DNA of 54,705 bases from a virus (Duplodnaviria; Caudoviricetes). Shown here piece by piece: positions 18,462 through 27,725 of the stretch. A program made the translations under genes and the position numbers. The number at the start of each line of letters is the position of its first letter. Position 1 is the stretch's first letter. The notes beneath the pieces are model-generated. The model did not search any database and was not told where the DNA came from. It saw only the letters and a list, made by a program, of their open reading frames with translations. Location of the stretch: the IMG/VR virus record IMGVR_UViG_3300037842_001004, positions 1 to 54,705 of that record; one strand, given 5' to 3'.

Positions 18462-18708
18462 CGTCGACTACACAAGCGAGAGCTGCGCCGCCCTGCTGTG
18501 GTGCAGCGAAGAGGAGGCCGAGGCCCTGGGCGGCAGCGTCGGGGGCTCCGGCGTCGAGCACGCGGGGGGCGGCGCGCACTACGCGATGGTCGGCCTGGGT
18601 TGGGACACGTCCGTGTCGGATGCGGCCAACTACGCGGTGATCGACCGGGCACGAGCAGCCGTCGAGCGGGAGTGCGCGCAGGCGGGCGTGAGCCTGCAGG
18701 AGACCTGA
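18454..18708 (+). CDS. hypothetical protein
   Basis: Overlapping start, clean ORF. Confidence 0.6.
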   Translation: MANVDYTSESCAALLWCSEEEAEALGGSVGGSGVEHAGGGAHYAMVGLGWDTSVSDAANYAVIDRARAAVERECAQAGVSLQET

Positions 18709-18858
18709 CGGTAGACACGTCCGGGCCAATGGGCCTACCCTGTGGGTCGCGCCGGGCACCTCCGCGGCGCGCCCCGGGAACTCCCTGGGGGCGTTGGGAG
18801 TGGGGATACTACTCAACGCCTCCAGGCCCGGAACTTTTCGCGTGATAGCATCCGCCAC

Positions 18859-21800
18859 ATGAGCGACCCCGACTTGCACAAGAGCAACCCGGTCGGGGGC
18901 CACCCGGTCACCGCCGGACCCGTAGCGGGAGCTGGCGACCCCTGGGGCTCGGCTCCCGGTGACGCGCAACTCTTCCCCGCCCTAGCTCCGTTGCCTGACG
19001 CGTACCGCGAGCAGGGACGGAGCATTCTTGCGTCTGGGTCCAGTCTGGCGCTGCGGGCCTACCGCGCCCTACTGGAGCGTGCCGGCGTCGACCGCAGCCG
19101 GGCGAACGTGGCGGTCGAGCTGGCCGCGGGCTACCTCGCGACCCTGGAGGCTCCAACGCGCCTGCGGAAGTCGGCGCTGCGGGACGAGGTGTGGGAGGTC
19201 ATCCCGGGCCGCTTCGCGCGATCCCTCCGCCGCCTCATGTTCAAGGGCGCGGGGCACAAGTACATCCGCCGCGTGCGGCGCAATGGCCGCTGGGTCTACT
19301 ACTACAACGTGACCGGCGGCGCCGGCCTGGGCCACGTCGACGAGATGCACCAGGGCGCCCGCTTCAAGCTCGACCAGGGTGGCAAGTCCGGGCACTACGA
19401 GGTCCTCGCGACGGAGGGCGGGTGGGTCACCATCCGGCACGACGAGAGCGGGCACGAGACCAAGATCCGCAAGACGGCGTTGCAGACGATGCTGCACCGG
19501 GAACACGCCGAGCTTCTGGAGGGTCACCGTGCCCGCACGAGGGCCGAGCTGGAGGCCGTGGGTACGCACGGGTCCACCAAGCAGCGAGAGCGCCTGGAGG
19601 CGTACTCCCGGCGCTACATGCACACCGCCGACCTGATGGATGACCCCGAGCTACGGTTGATGGTCTGGCCGAAGCCGGTGCTCGCGGATTCGCGGACCAC
19701 CTACGGCGCGCGCCTCCGGCCGGTCGGGTCAGCGACGGTGCCTCCGGGCTATACGGCCATCGACTCGCATGGCGATTTCAAGCACGGGACGGTGACCTAC
19801 GAGGCGCCGATCGAGGACCCGAAGCACTACGGCCTCGTCGAGATACCGAGCGCCCGCAGGCGCCTACAAGTCCTGGCCGCGGCCGTTGCCGACCTGAAGG
19901 AGTACGCCGCCGAGCACGTCGAGGAGGCGGCCGACGACCCGGGCTACTTCGAGCAGGTGGTCGGCCACTACATCGACAAGGCCGGCGTCCACATGGACCG
20001 GGCCGAGTTGGCGGCCGACGTCGAGGCGGCCCTGCGGGGCCTTCGCCCGGTCGTCCCCTACGCCGAGATGGCGAAGCCCTGGGAGACCGACGCCGACATC
20101 CTCGCGGAGCACGACATCCACACCTTCGCCGAGGTCGCCGCGGCCGGCGCCGAGAAGGTCGGCCAGCTCCTCGGAGACCCCGCGCGTGGGAAGCGGATCC
20201 ACGGCGACGCGACGATGCGCCTGGGTAGCAAAGACGCGCGGGCAATGGTCCTCGCAGACCACCCGAGCACGCACCCGGACTGGGTCCCTGACCTGTCGAA
20301 GGTCGACTTCTTCATCCTCAACTCCAGCGGCGGCAAAGACAGCGTCGCGATGCTCGCCAGGGCGATCGAGGTCGCGGACCGCCAGGGGTTCCCGCGCGAT
20401 CGGATGGTGGTGGTTCACGCCGACCTGGGGCGCGTCGAGTGGAGCGGCACGAAGGAACTCGCGGCGCAGCAGGCGGCCATGTACGGCGTGCGCTTCGAGG
20501 TGGTCCGGCGGGAGGGGCAAGACCTCCTGCAGCACATCGAGAACCGCTACTACCAACTCGCGGCCCGCATCGAGGACACGGAGGCCCTGTCGGCGCCCCC
20601 CGCCGCGGTGAGTCGCGTGACTCGTGTTGCGGGCCTTCCGCTCGCAGAGGTGGCTACCGCCGACCTTGTGCCCTTGGGCGGAAGGGGGGCGCGGCTGGTT
20701 GAGGCAGCGGCCGGGCGGATGCCGCCGGGAACCCGCCTGCGGACAGCCAACGATCACGAGCTGGTTTTCGAGGACGAGTCCGGCCGCCGTACGACGCTTA
20801 CCCGCATGAGGAATACGCCCACATGGACGGGGGAGGTGACGCGCGCGGTCCATTCCGAGCGCCTCGTGTCGGGGGATCCCTCGATCTCGGGCACTGAGAA
20901 CAGGCGACGGCAGAACAAACGGCGGGAGGTCACGACGGAGCACAAGACGGTTGCTTTCCTGCAGACCGCGCTGAGGGGCAAGCGTTCGGGGTCGCTGACC
21001 GATATGCTCGCGGCGGCCGTCTCTGCCGTCTCTGCCCAGGTGGTCGCCGCGCCTACCCCGCTCACTTGGGGGGACCTCTTCGCGCGCCTGCCCGAGCCGA
21101 AGAAGTCCGGCCGCAAGGCCGAGGTCGCCCGGTTCAAGGCTGAATGGGCGGCCGCCGTCGCGGAGATCGCCGCGAAGTTGCCCGAGCGGAACGTGACCTA
21201 CCCGCCCGGCTTCGAGGACAACCCGAAGCTCCGTCAGACGATGTCGCGCCAGATGCGGGCGGAGCAGATCCTCGCGAGCGCGCGCCGCAAGCAAGGCCAG
21301 AAGGAGCCCGGCGACCCGGTCGACTGGGGCATGCCGAACCCGTGGCCCGGCGACAAGCGGTACTGCACGAGCGAGCACAAGCGCGCGGTGATCGGCGTCC
21401 TGGTGACAAAGGCCGCGGAGAAGATGCACGGCCTTCCAGCTTGGCGCGCCGAGCGCGACGCGACGCGAGCGAAGCGCAAGGCCATCGCGAACGACCGCAT
21501 CAAGGTCGTCGCCAAGGCGAAGGGCCTGAAGGGCGCGCCTCGCGCGGCGGAGAAGGCTCGCATCACGGCGCAGCTCGCCGTGTCCATGCCCGACCCGCCC
21601 GAGCCGCCGGCGCCGCGGATCCTCAACATCATGGGCCTGCGCGCTCAGGAGTCCGAGGAGCGGGCAAAGAAGCCCGCGTTCTACGAAAACAAGGCGTCGT
21701 CGGGGGTGAAGCAGATCGACGACTGGCTCCCGGTCCAGGGATGGAGCGAGGAACAGGTCTGGGACCGCATCGCCCAGGAGGGCATGCCGAGCCACGACGC

Positions 21801-22509
21801 CTACCTACTCGACCCGAAGACGGGGCGGCCGACGGGAAAGGGCATGCGGCGCCTGTCGTGCGTCTTCTGCGTCTACGCCGACTCCCACGACCTCGTCGTC
21901 GCGGCCGTCCGCAACCCCGAGTTGTTCGCGAAGTACCTGGAGCTGGAGGAGCGGACCGGCTTCACCTTCCAGCAATCCAACTTCCCGAAGGGGTCGCCCC
22001 TGGGTCTCGCGGGCAAGCCGAAGAGTCTCCGGGCGGTCGCTGACGCCATCCGCGAGCACGGTGCGACAGAGAGCATCGTCCGCGAGATTTCCGCAGCTCT
22101 ACGGGACATCCAAGATGCGCGGTCGGCCGACCTCGGTCTGGTCCAGATTGGCGACCGGCGCGCAAGCCCTCATGCGCTCGCGAAGGCCGAGGGATCCCTG
22201 GGGGATCCTTCGTTGCACACGTTGGGGTCTGCGTTGCTCCACAACCTTCGCCAGCTCCGCGCCCACGGGAAGCGGCCGGAGTCCATCCAGTACGACTACC
22301 GGGCGAGCGGCGCCGTCGTGATGATCGACTGCGAGGGGGGCGCGTACTTCGTCGGTGCGCTGTCGTACCCGGACGCGTACGGCGGGAGCACGGCCGCAGC
22401 GGCCGCGGCCCGGTTCGCCGGCATCGGGTACGAGGAGCACGGCTCGCCGGACTCGCAGGGGTCGACCAGCGTTCCGGCGCGGGCCGAGCGGGCCAGGAGC
22501 GCACGATGA
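18859..22509 (+). CDS. giant cargo protein 1: shared leader + DarA C-terminal-like domain + PAPS-reductase-like domain with insertions
   Basis: FKGAGHKYIRRVRRNGRWVYYY leader (~19243-19600). YGARLRPVGSATVPPGY...HGTVTYEAP...YGL (DarA_C pattern, ~19699-19845). SSGGKDS, HADLG.VEW, RYCTSEHK, GLRAQES..R, WLPV..W, RLSCVFC. Confidence 0.8.
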   Translation: MSDPDLHKSNPVGGHPVTAGPVAGAGDPWGSAPGDAQLFPALAPLPDAYREQGRSILASGSSLALRAYRALLERAGVDRSRANVAVELAAGYLATLEAPTRLRKSALRDEVWEVIPGRFARSLRRLMFKGAGHKYIRRVRRNGRWVYYYNVTGGAGLGHVDEMHQGARFKLDQGGKSGHYEVLATEGGWVTIRHDESGHETKIRKTALQTMLHREHAELLEGHRARTRAELEAVGTHGSTKQRERLEAYSRRYMHTADLMDDPELRLMVWPKPVLADSRTTYGARLRPVGSATVPPGYTAIDSHGDFKHGTVTYEAPIEDPKHYGLVEIPSARRRLQVLAAAVADLKEYAAEHVEEAADDPGYFEQVVGHYIDKAGVHMDRAELAADVEAALRGLRPVVPYAEMAKPWETDADILAEHDIHTFAEVAAAGAEKVGQLLGDPARGKRIHGDATMRLGSKDARAMVLADHPSTHPDWVPDLSKVDFFILNSSGGKDSVAMLARAIEVADRQGFPRDRMVVVHADLGRVEWSGTKELAAQQAAMYGVRFEVVRREGQDLLQHIENRYYQLAARIEDTEALSAPPAAVSRVTRVAGLPLAEVATADLVPLGGRGARLVEAAAGRMPPGTRLRTANDHELVFEDESGRRTTLTRMRNTPTWTGEVTRAVHSERLVSGDPSISGTENRRRQNKRREVTTEHKTVAFLQTALRGKRSGSLTDMLAAAVSAVSAQVVAAPTPLTWGDLFARLPEPKKSGRKAEVARFKAEWAAAVAEIAAKLPERNVTYPPGFEDNPKLRQTMSRQMRAEQILASARRKQGQKEPGDPVDWGMPNPWPGDKRYCTSEHKRAVIGVLVTKAAEKMHGLPAWRAERDATRAKRKAIANDRIKVVAKAKGLKGAPRAAEKARITAQLAVSMPDPPEPPAPRILNIMGLRAQESEERAKKPAFYENKASSGVKQIDDWLPVQGWSEEQVWDRIAQEGMPSHDAYLLDPKTGRPTGKGMRRLSCVFCVYADSHDLVVAAVRNPELFAKYLELEERTGFTFQQSNFPKGSPLGLAGKPKSLRAVADAIREHGATESIVREISAALRDIQDARSADLGLVQIGDRRASPHALAKAEGSLGDPSLHTLGSALLHNLRQLRAHGKRPESIQYDYRASGAVVMIDCEGGAYFVGALSYPDAYGGSTAAAAAARFAGIGYEEHGSPDSQGSTSVPARAERARSAR

Positions 22510-25500
22510 CCAGGGGACGGCGCGCCCGCGCACGGCAACGACACCTTCGAGAGGCCGAGTGGGTCAAGATCCCGGGCTCGATAGGGTCCGACCTCTTCGA
22601 CCGCCTGGAGAAGGGCGGCGCCCACAAGTACGTGCGACGCGTCCGCCGCGGCCGGCGCTGGGTCTACTACTACGACGTCACGGGCGGCCACGGCATCGGG
22701 CACCACGAAGAGATGCACGCCGGGGCCAAGTTCCGGCTCAAGAGCCGGGGCCACGCGGGCCACTACGAGGTGCTCGAAGTCAACGGTGACGAGGTCGTCA
22801 TCGAGCACGACGAGAGCGGCCACAAGGTCCGCATGAGTAAGGCCGCGCTGGAGAAGATGTTGCTGCGCGAGCACGCGAAGCTCGTCGACTCGCACAAGGC
22901 GCGCACCAGGGCGGAGATGGCCGAGGTCGCGAGGTTCGGGTCCAAGCGCCAGAAGCGCGCGATGCGCGAGTACGTTCGGCGCTACGGGCACACGAGGCCC
23001 CTGCAGACCAACCTTCACGAGCAATACGGGGAGCAGGGCGCGCCGAAGAAGGGCGAGAAGGGGCACGCCGAGCTGAGCCCCGAGAGGCGCGACGCCCTCG
23101 TCCAGGCGGACGCCATCCTCGACCGCGCCCGGCAGGTTTGGGAGGACCCCGACCAGGGTTGGCATGTGGCCTACGCCGCACAGGTCGCACTCGGCGTAGC
23201 CGTGACCGAGGACTGGTTGTCGGAGGACAGCCTTGGGGGCGAAGCCGAACTCGACCCCGAGGACCTCCCGCACCTGCTCGGAGCGAGCCACCTGTCCCCG
23301 CAGGACGCCGCCGAAGCGATCGTGCTCGCGGTCGACGTCAACGAGCGCGTCCCGCGCCCCCTCATGCGGGAGATGCTCGCGGACACGATCGCGCCGGTCG
23401 GCAAGATGCGGCTCGTGAACGTCCCGAAGGCCGAGGCGTTGGAGTTCGTCCAGCAACATCACTCCGAGATGCCCGAGCCGAACCCCCGCGGCCTCATCTA
23501 CGCGATCGGGATCCGCGACGGAGAGCGCCTCGTAGCGGTCGCCACGGCGAGCCACCCGAGCGGGCGATGGGGCTCCGGGCGGACGGACATCCGCAATATC
23601 GTCGAGTTGACGCGGATCGCCTCCGACGGCACCGGCCGCAAGGGCGCAAGCTCGAAGCTCGCAGCGCGGGTGATCGACTTGCTCGACAAGAGCAAGCGGG
23701 GCAACCCGGACGAGCCCGGCCTGTTCGTCACCTACTCGCTCCTGAGCGAGGCTGGCACCACGTACAAGGCGCTGCGCGAGAAGGGTCTGAGGCCCGTCTC
23801 GCTTCGAGAGGGAAAAGAGGGCGGCGGCGGCGGCGCCCGCAAGGGGAACAAACTGGGCTACGCCGCGCCCGACAAAATCCGATGGGAGGCCGGCGACGCG
23901 GCCGGGCCGGCTGACTGGAGCCTGCTCGACCTCGCTGTCGGAGGTGACAAGCACGCCGAGGCGATGGCCGAGCAGGCCAAGCGCGAAGCCGAGCGCCTGG
24001 GGAAGGACCGCGCCGCCGCGAAGGCCGACCTCGCCGCGGCGCTCGCCACGGAAGGGCGGGAGGGAGCCGACGCGACGATGGCGGCAGCGGCTCGCGTCCG
24101 CGCGACCGGCGGGAGCCCCGAGAGCCTGCCAGGGTGGGAGCGGTTCGCCACGCACAGCCCCTGGGGACCCCGTGAGCCCGTCGTCGAGGCGGGCCGGCGT
24201 TACGGCACGGTGCGAGCCGCCGGCGTCGGCGCCGGGCACTCCTGGTACGTCTGGGACGCCAAAGAGAAGAAGGTCGTCGACCACGCGCCCGGGTCCGCCC
24301 ACGCCGCCGACGCCGCCGAGGCCCGAGCCAGCGCCGCGAAGTGGAACGACGCCGCCGGGCGTGGCGCGACCCCGCACGAAGAGGACGCCGCGGAGATGGG
24401 CGCGAAGTGGCGGGCGAAGGCCGTCGGCCTGGAGGACGGGCAGGGTCCCGGGCAACTGGGGAATTGGATCCGGTCGATGCGCGACAACGTGCGCATGCAG
24501 CCGGGCGTCGACATCAGCCAGCACGAGCACACCCGCAGCCGTGCCGCCCTGGCGGCGCTCATCACCGAGCGCACCCGCCGGAAGGACCAGCGATCCATCG
24601 CGAGGCGCGCCGCCCTGGCGAAGAAGCGCGAGAGGTCGCGCGCAGCGCACAACGCGGCCCGACCGCAGGAGGACAAGACCAGGAAGGCCGCAGAGTACGC
24701 CGAGCGGGCCGCGAAGGTCCGGCAGCAACCGCGGGCGCACGACCCCGGCTTTTCGCACTCCCGGTACTTCGCGTCCGGCTCGAACCGGCCCGGGGAGATC
24801 CGGGGGCTCGCAGACGCGGGGCACAACATCGGCGTCGCGATCGACAAGCTCAACGAGGCCGCGGTCGTCGAGATTCAGGGGCTCAAGGGCGAGCAGGTGA
24901 AGGTGTTCGTCGACTCCGGCGCGTTCAGCGAGGTGTTCGTCAACTTCCCGGGGAAGTCCGGCAAGTTGCCCGACCCGGACCGCCCGGTCGGGATCCACAC
25001 CGTCGCGCCGATTTCGGACGAGGTCTGGGCCGAGCGCATCGAGAAGATGGGGCGCCTGACGACGCTCACATGGGACAGGGGGGAGGGGCAGCTCTACCTC
25101 GTCGCGCCCGACAAGGTCGGCGACCAGGACGAGACCCTCCGGCGCCTGGAGAAGTTCGCCGACGATGTCCGTGGGTGGGAGGCCGCGAGCGCAACGGTGC
25201 TCGTGCCCGTCCAGAAGGGCTCGCGGCGGATGGCGGATATGTGGAAGCGGCAGATGGAGATTCTCGGGCCGGGGGATTGGGTCGCCGCGATCCCGATGAA
25301 GAAGGACGCGACGAGCGCCGAGGACCTCCGCGTCTTCCTCACCTCCGCCGACCCGAAGCCGACCCGGCTCCACCTCCTCGGCCTGGGTCTGAACAGCGAC
25401 GCCTATCCGGCGGTCAAGGCCGTACTCGACGAGGTCGGCCCGGAGATTGAGGTCAGCCTGGACAGCAACCGCAAGCGCGCGATCGTCGGGCACTACCAGC

Positions 25501-27293
25501 GCAAGGGCGAGAAGGGGCCGCCGAAGAAGGGGACCGCCGCGTTGCGCGACGCCGAGGCCAAGCTCAAGGGCCGCGCGTTCGAGGACCACGCGGACCCCGA
25601 CATGGCGACGATGTGGTCGGAGGACCGGGAGACCAGGATCGGGGAGTACACGACGCAGAAGTGGCGCAAAGCCATCGCGAAGGAGCACTCCCTGCCCGAC
25701 CGCGCCCTATTCGTCAGCGACCCGGCCGCCTGGATGGGGAAGCCCGCGGACGGAGGTCCGGTCAAGGGGCCTGACGGGTTGTTCCGAGAGGGGCCTGACG
25801 GGCACCCGGTCGAGACCTACGCGGAGCAGCACCCGAGCATCGACGCCGCCCTGCGCGACCAGTACGAGGAATGGTTCACGACCGGCGGCGGGAACACCTA
25901 CTACCGCCAGCGGCGGCAGAACCGAGAGATGATCAAGGACGAGGTCGACCCCCGGGCGCACCGCGACGCGAAGACCAGGGCGAGAGAGGTGAGAGTGGCG
26001 AAGGCCAAGGCCGCAGCGAAGCCCACCAGGAGGCTCGGCGTCTACGGGTGGAGCGACGCAACGAAGGCCGACTCGGCGGGGCTCCACCTCGACCAGGAGA
26101 CGGGTCGCGTGCATCACATCGACTGGGCGCCGAAGCGGATGTCGGCTGATGATGTCGAGGAGTTCAACGCGGCGCCCCGAGCAAAGGCCGCGGCCATGAA
26201 CCGCGTGCTCGAAGCCTACGACGCGGGGACGCGCGAGTTCGGGGACGGTAGCGGCCGCTACGCCGTCGTCATCCCCGACGCGTCAGAGCCTGGACGCTGG
26301 CGCTACAGCGAGTACGACAAGAGCGGGTTTGCCTCGCACCGGACGTTCGACACGCCGCACGAGGCCGCGGCTGCAGCGGCCGACGAGGGGTTCACCGAGG
26401 CCGCGCCCGGGACCCTCGACCAACTCGCCGTGACCGACGAATGGGCCGAGGGGACGCGCGCCGCTCGCGTGATGCAGATCGCGAACTCCGCCGGGGGCCA
26501 CGGCGCGTCCGCGGTGCTCGGTCACTTCGCGCGTAACGGCCGGTCTGCCGCCGCGCTCGCCGCCATCGAGGCCGCGGTGCCCGAGCTGCGCGCGGGGCGC
26601 GTGCCTGCCGCCCTGTTGCCTGCGGCGGCCGAGGCCATCAGCGGACGGCAGCCCGCCAACGAGCACCGGCAACGCTCATTCGTCGACGACGACGGGAAGA
26701 CGCATCACGTCAGCCCATCGGACGAGCAGATCGGCCTGATGGCGCAACGCGCCCACGGCACGCTCAACCCGCTTGTCGAGCGGTGGGTGGTGCTCAACGA
26801 GAAGGGATCGAAGACGAAGGTGCTCGACGCCTACGACGCGCTCCCGCCCGTCGAGAAGGCCGCGCTCGCCTTCCAGGTCGAGGACCTCGTCGGGGGCGAC
26901 GGCTACATCACCGCGTACCGGACGCTCAACCGCGGCGACGACCCGAAGCAGATGGGCGGCGCGTCGGTCTCGACGAACCCGAAGTGGAAGGACAAGGACA
27001 ACGCTCACGCGTTCCGCGTCCACCACAGCGACATCCTGCTCACGCACGAGCAACACGAGAGCGGCGCCGGCGCCAACGCCGTCGGCTCCGCCCTGGGCCG
27101 AAGCAAGGGGTTCGGGGGGTACGGGAGCGAACAGGAGGTGATCCTCAAGCGCACCGCCCAGGTCGAGCACCTGGGGCTCGCGAAGCCGCCACCGGCCCCC
27201 GCCCTCCTCCCGAACGATAGGAACGCGTCGACCAAGCCGACCAGCTCCGCGGTGCAACAGAGCCTCGGAGGCGAGGACTGGCTTGCAAGGTGA
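22506..27293 (+). CDS. giant cargo protein 2: shared leader + Mom/XF1762-like GNAT + TGT/DpdA-like + ADP-ribosyltransferase-like
   Basis: LEKGGAHKYVRR leader (~22611-22965). EALEFVQQHH...VELTRIASDG...ASSKL...VTYSLLSEAGTTYKA...KIRWE (~23406-23888). VFVDSGAFS...APDKVGD...PVQKG...LHLLGLG...SLDS (~24763-25480). AYR...SVSTN...EQEVIL (~26905-27150). Confidence 0.75.
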   Translation: MTRGRRARARQRHLREAEWVKIPGSIGSDLFDRLEKGGAHKYVRRVRRGRRWVYYYDVTGGHGIGHHEEMHAGAKFRLKSRGHAGHYEVLEVNGDEVVIEHDESGHKVRMSKAALEKMLLREHAKLVDSHKARTRAEMAEVARFGSKRQKRAMREYVRRYGHTRPLQTNLHEQYGEQGAPKKGEKGHAELSPERRDALVQADAILDRARQVWEDPDQGWHVAYAAQVALGVAVTEDWLSEDSLGGEAELDPEDLPHLLGASHLSPQDAAEAIVLAVDVNERVPRPLMREMLADTIAPVGKMRLVNVPKAEALEFVQQHHSEMPEPNPRGLIYAIGIRDGERLVAVATASHPSGRWGSGRTDIRNIVELTRIASDGTGRKGASSKLAARVIDLLDKSKRGNPDEPGLFVTYSLLSEAGTTYKALREKGLRPVSLREGKEGGGGGARKGNKLGYAAPDKIRWEAGDAAGPADWSLLDLAVGGDKHAEAMAEQAKREAERLGKDRAAAKADLAAALATEGREGADATMAAAARVRATGGSPESLPGWERFATHSPWGPREPVVEAGRRYGTVRAAGVGAGHSWYVWDAKEKKVVDHAPGSAHAADAAEARASAAKWNDAAGRGATPHEEDAAEMGAKWRAKAVGLEDGQGPGQLGNWIRSMRDNVRMQPGVDISQHEHTRSRAALAALITERTRRKDQRSIARRAALAKKRERSRAAHNAARPQEDKTRKAAEYAERAAKVRQQPRAHDPGFSHSRYFASGSNRPGEIRGLADAGHNIGVAIDKLNEAAVVEIQGLKGEQVKVFVDSGAFSEVFVNFPGKSGKLPDPDRPVGIHTVAPISDEVWAERIEKMGRLTTLTWDRGEGQLYLVAPDKVGDQDETLRRLEKFADDVRGWEAASATVLVPVQKGSRRMADMWKRQMEILGPGDWVAAIPMKKDATSAEDLRVFLTSADPKPTRLHLLGLGLNSDAYPAVKAVLDEVGPEIEVSLDSNRKRAIVGHYQRKGEKGPPKKGTAALRDAEAKLKGRAFEDHADPDMATMWSEDRETRIGEYTTQKWRKAIAKEHSLPDRALFVSDPAAWMGKPADGGPVKGPDGLFREGPDGHPVETYAEQHPSIDAALRDQYEEWFTTGGGNTYYRQRRQNREMIKDEVDPRAHRDAKTRAREVRVAKAKAAAKPTRRLGVYGWSDATKADSAGLHLDQETGRVHHIDWAPKRMSADDVEEFNAAPRAKAAAMNRVLEAYDAGTREFGDGSGRYAVVIPDASEPGRWRYSEYDKSGFASHRTFDTPHEAAAAAADEGFTEAAPGTLDQLAVTDEWAEGTRAARVMQIANSAGGHGASAVLGHFARNGRSAAALAAIEAAVPELRAGRVPAALLPAAAEAISGRQPANEHRQRSFVDDDGKTHHVSPSDEQIGLMAQRAHGTLNPLVERWVVLNEKGSKTKVLDAYDALPPVEKAALAFQVEDLVGGDGYITAYRTLNRGDDPKQMGGASVSTNPKWKDKDNAHAFRVHHSDILLTHEQHESGAGANAVGSALGRSKGFGGYGSEQEVILKRTAQVEHLGLAKPPPAPALLPNDRNASTKPTSSAVQQSLGGEDWLAR

Positions 27294-27642
27294 ACCCCCG
27301 GATTGCGGAGTGGGCGATGGGCTTCCCGAAAGACTGGTTGAAATCGTGAGTTGCAACGAGTGCGGGAACCCCCTGGACAGCGACGACGAATGCGAGGACT
27401 GCGCGGTGGTGGTCGAGGCCGCCACCGCCGAGGCCGGGGATGCTTGGCGGTATGCTGCGAGTCTCGGGTACGACGCGGCGACGGTCGCCGAGTTGGTCGC
27501 GGCGGAAGGTCTGACGGTCGAGGTCATCGAGGATGGCGACGCGCCGACCTGGGAGGTCAAGGACGGCGTCGAGTTGGTCGGCCTGGGCCAGACCCTCATG
27601 GGCGCCAGCGTGGCGGCCTTGCGCAACCGCAGGGTTCTGTAG
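27283..27642 (+). CDS. small acidic Zn-finger protein
   Basis: CNEC...CEDC; start uncertain. Confidence 0.5.
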   Translation: MQGEPPDCGVGDGLPERLVEIVSCNECGNPLDSDDECEDCAVVVEAATAEAGDAWRYAASLGYDAATVAELVAAEGLTVEVIEDGDAPTWEVKDGVELVGLGQTLMGASVAALRNRRVL

Positions 27643-27689
27643 GACGACACACGGGGGCCGCTCGCGTATCCTAGCGGCGCTGATGACGG

Positions 27690-27725
27690 AGCATGGACAG
27701 CATGGACAGCATGGACAGCATGGAC
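27690..27725 (+). repeat. 9-bp tandem repeat (AGCATGGAC)x4
   Basis: Read directly; encodes MDSMDSMDSMD. Confidence 0.9.

Noticed and set aside
20551-21330. Possible intein in the PAPS-reductase-like domain
   Set aside because: No Cys/Ser start block, His-Asn end or LAGLIDADG motif visible; treated as a plain insertion.
22296-25688. 1130-aa minus-strand ORF (also 19864-21795, 28908-30779, 39107-40636, 49766-51505)
   Set aside because: Antisense shadows of motif-bearing + strand genes, expected at this GC content, with no recognisable motifs.
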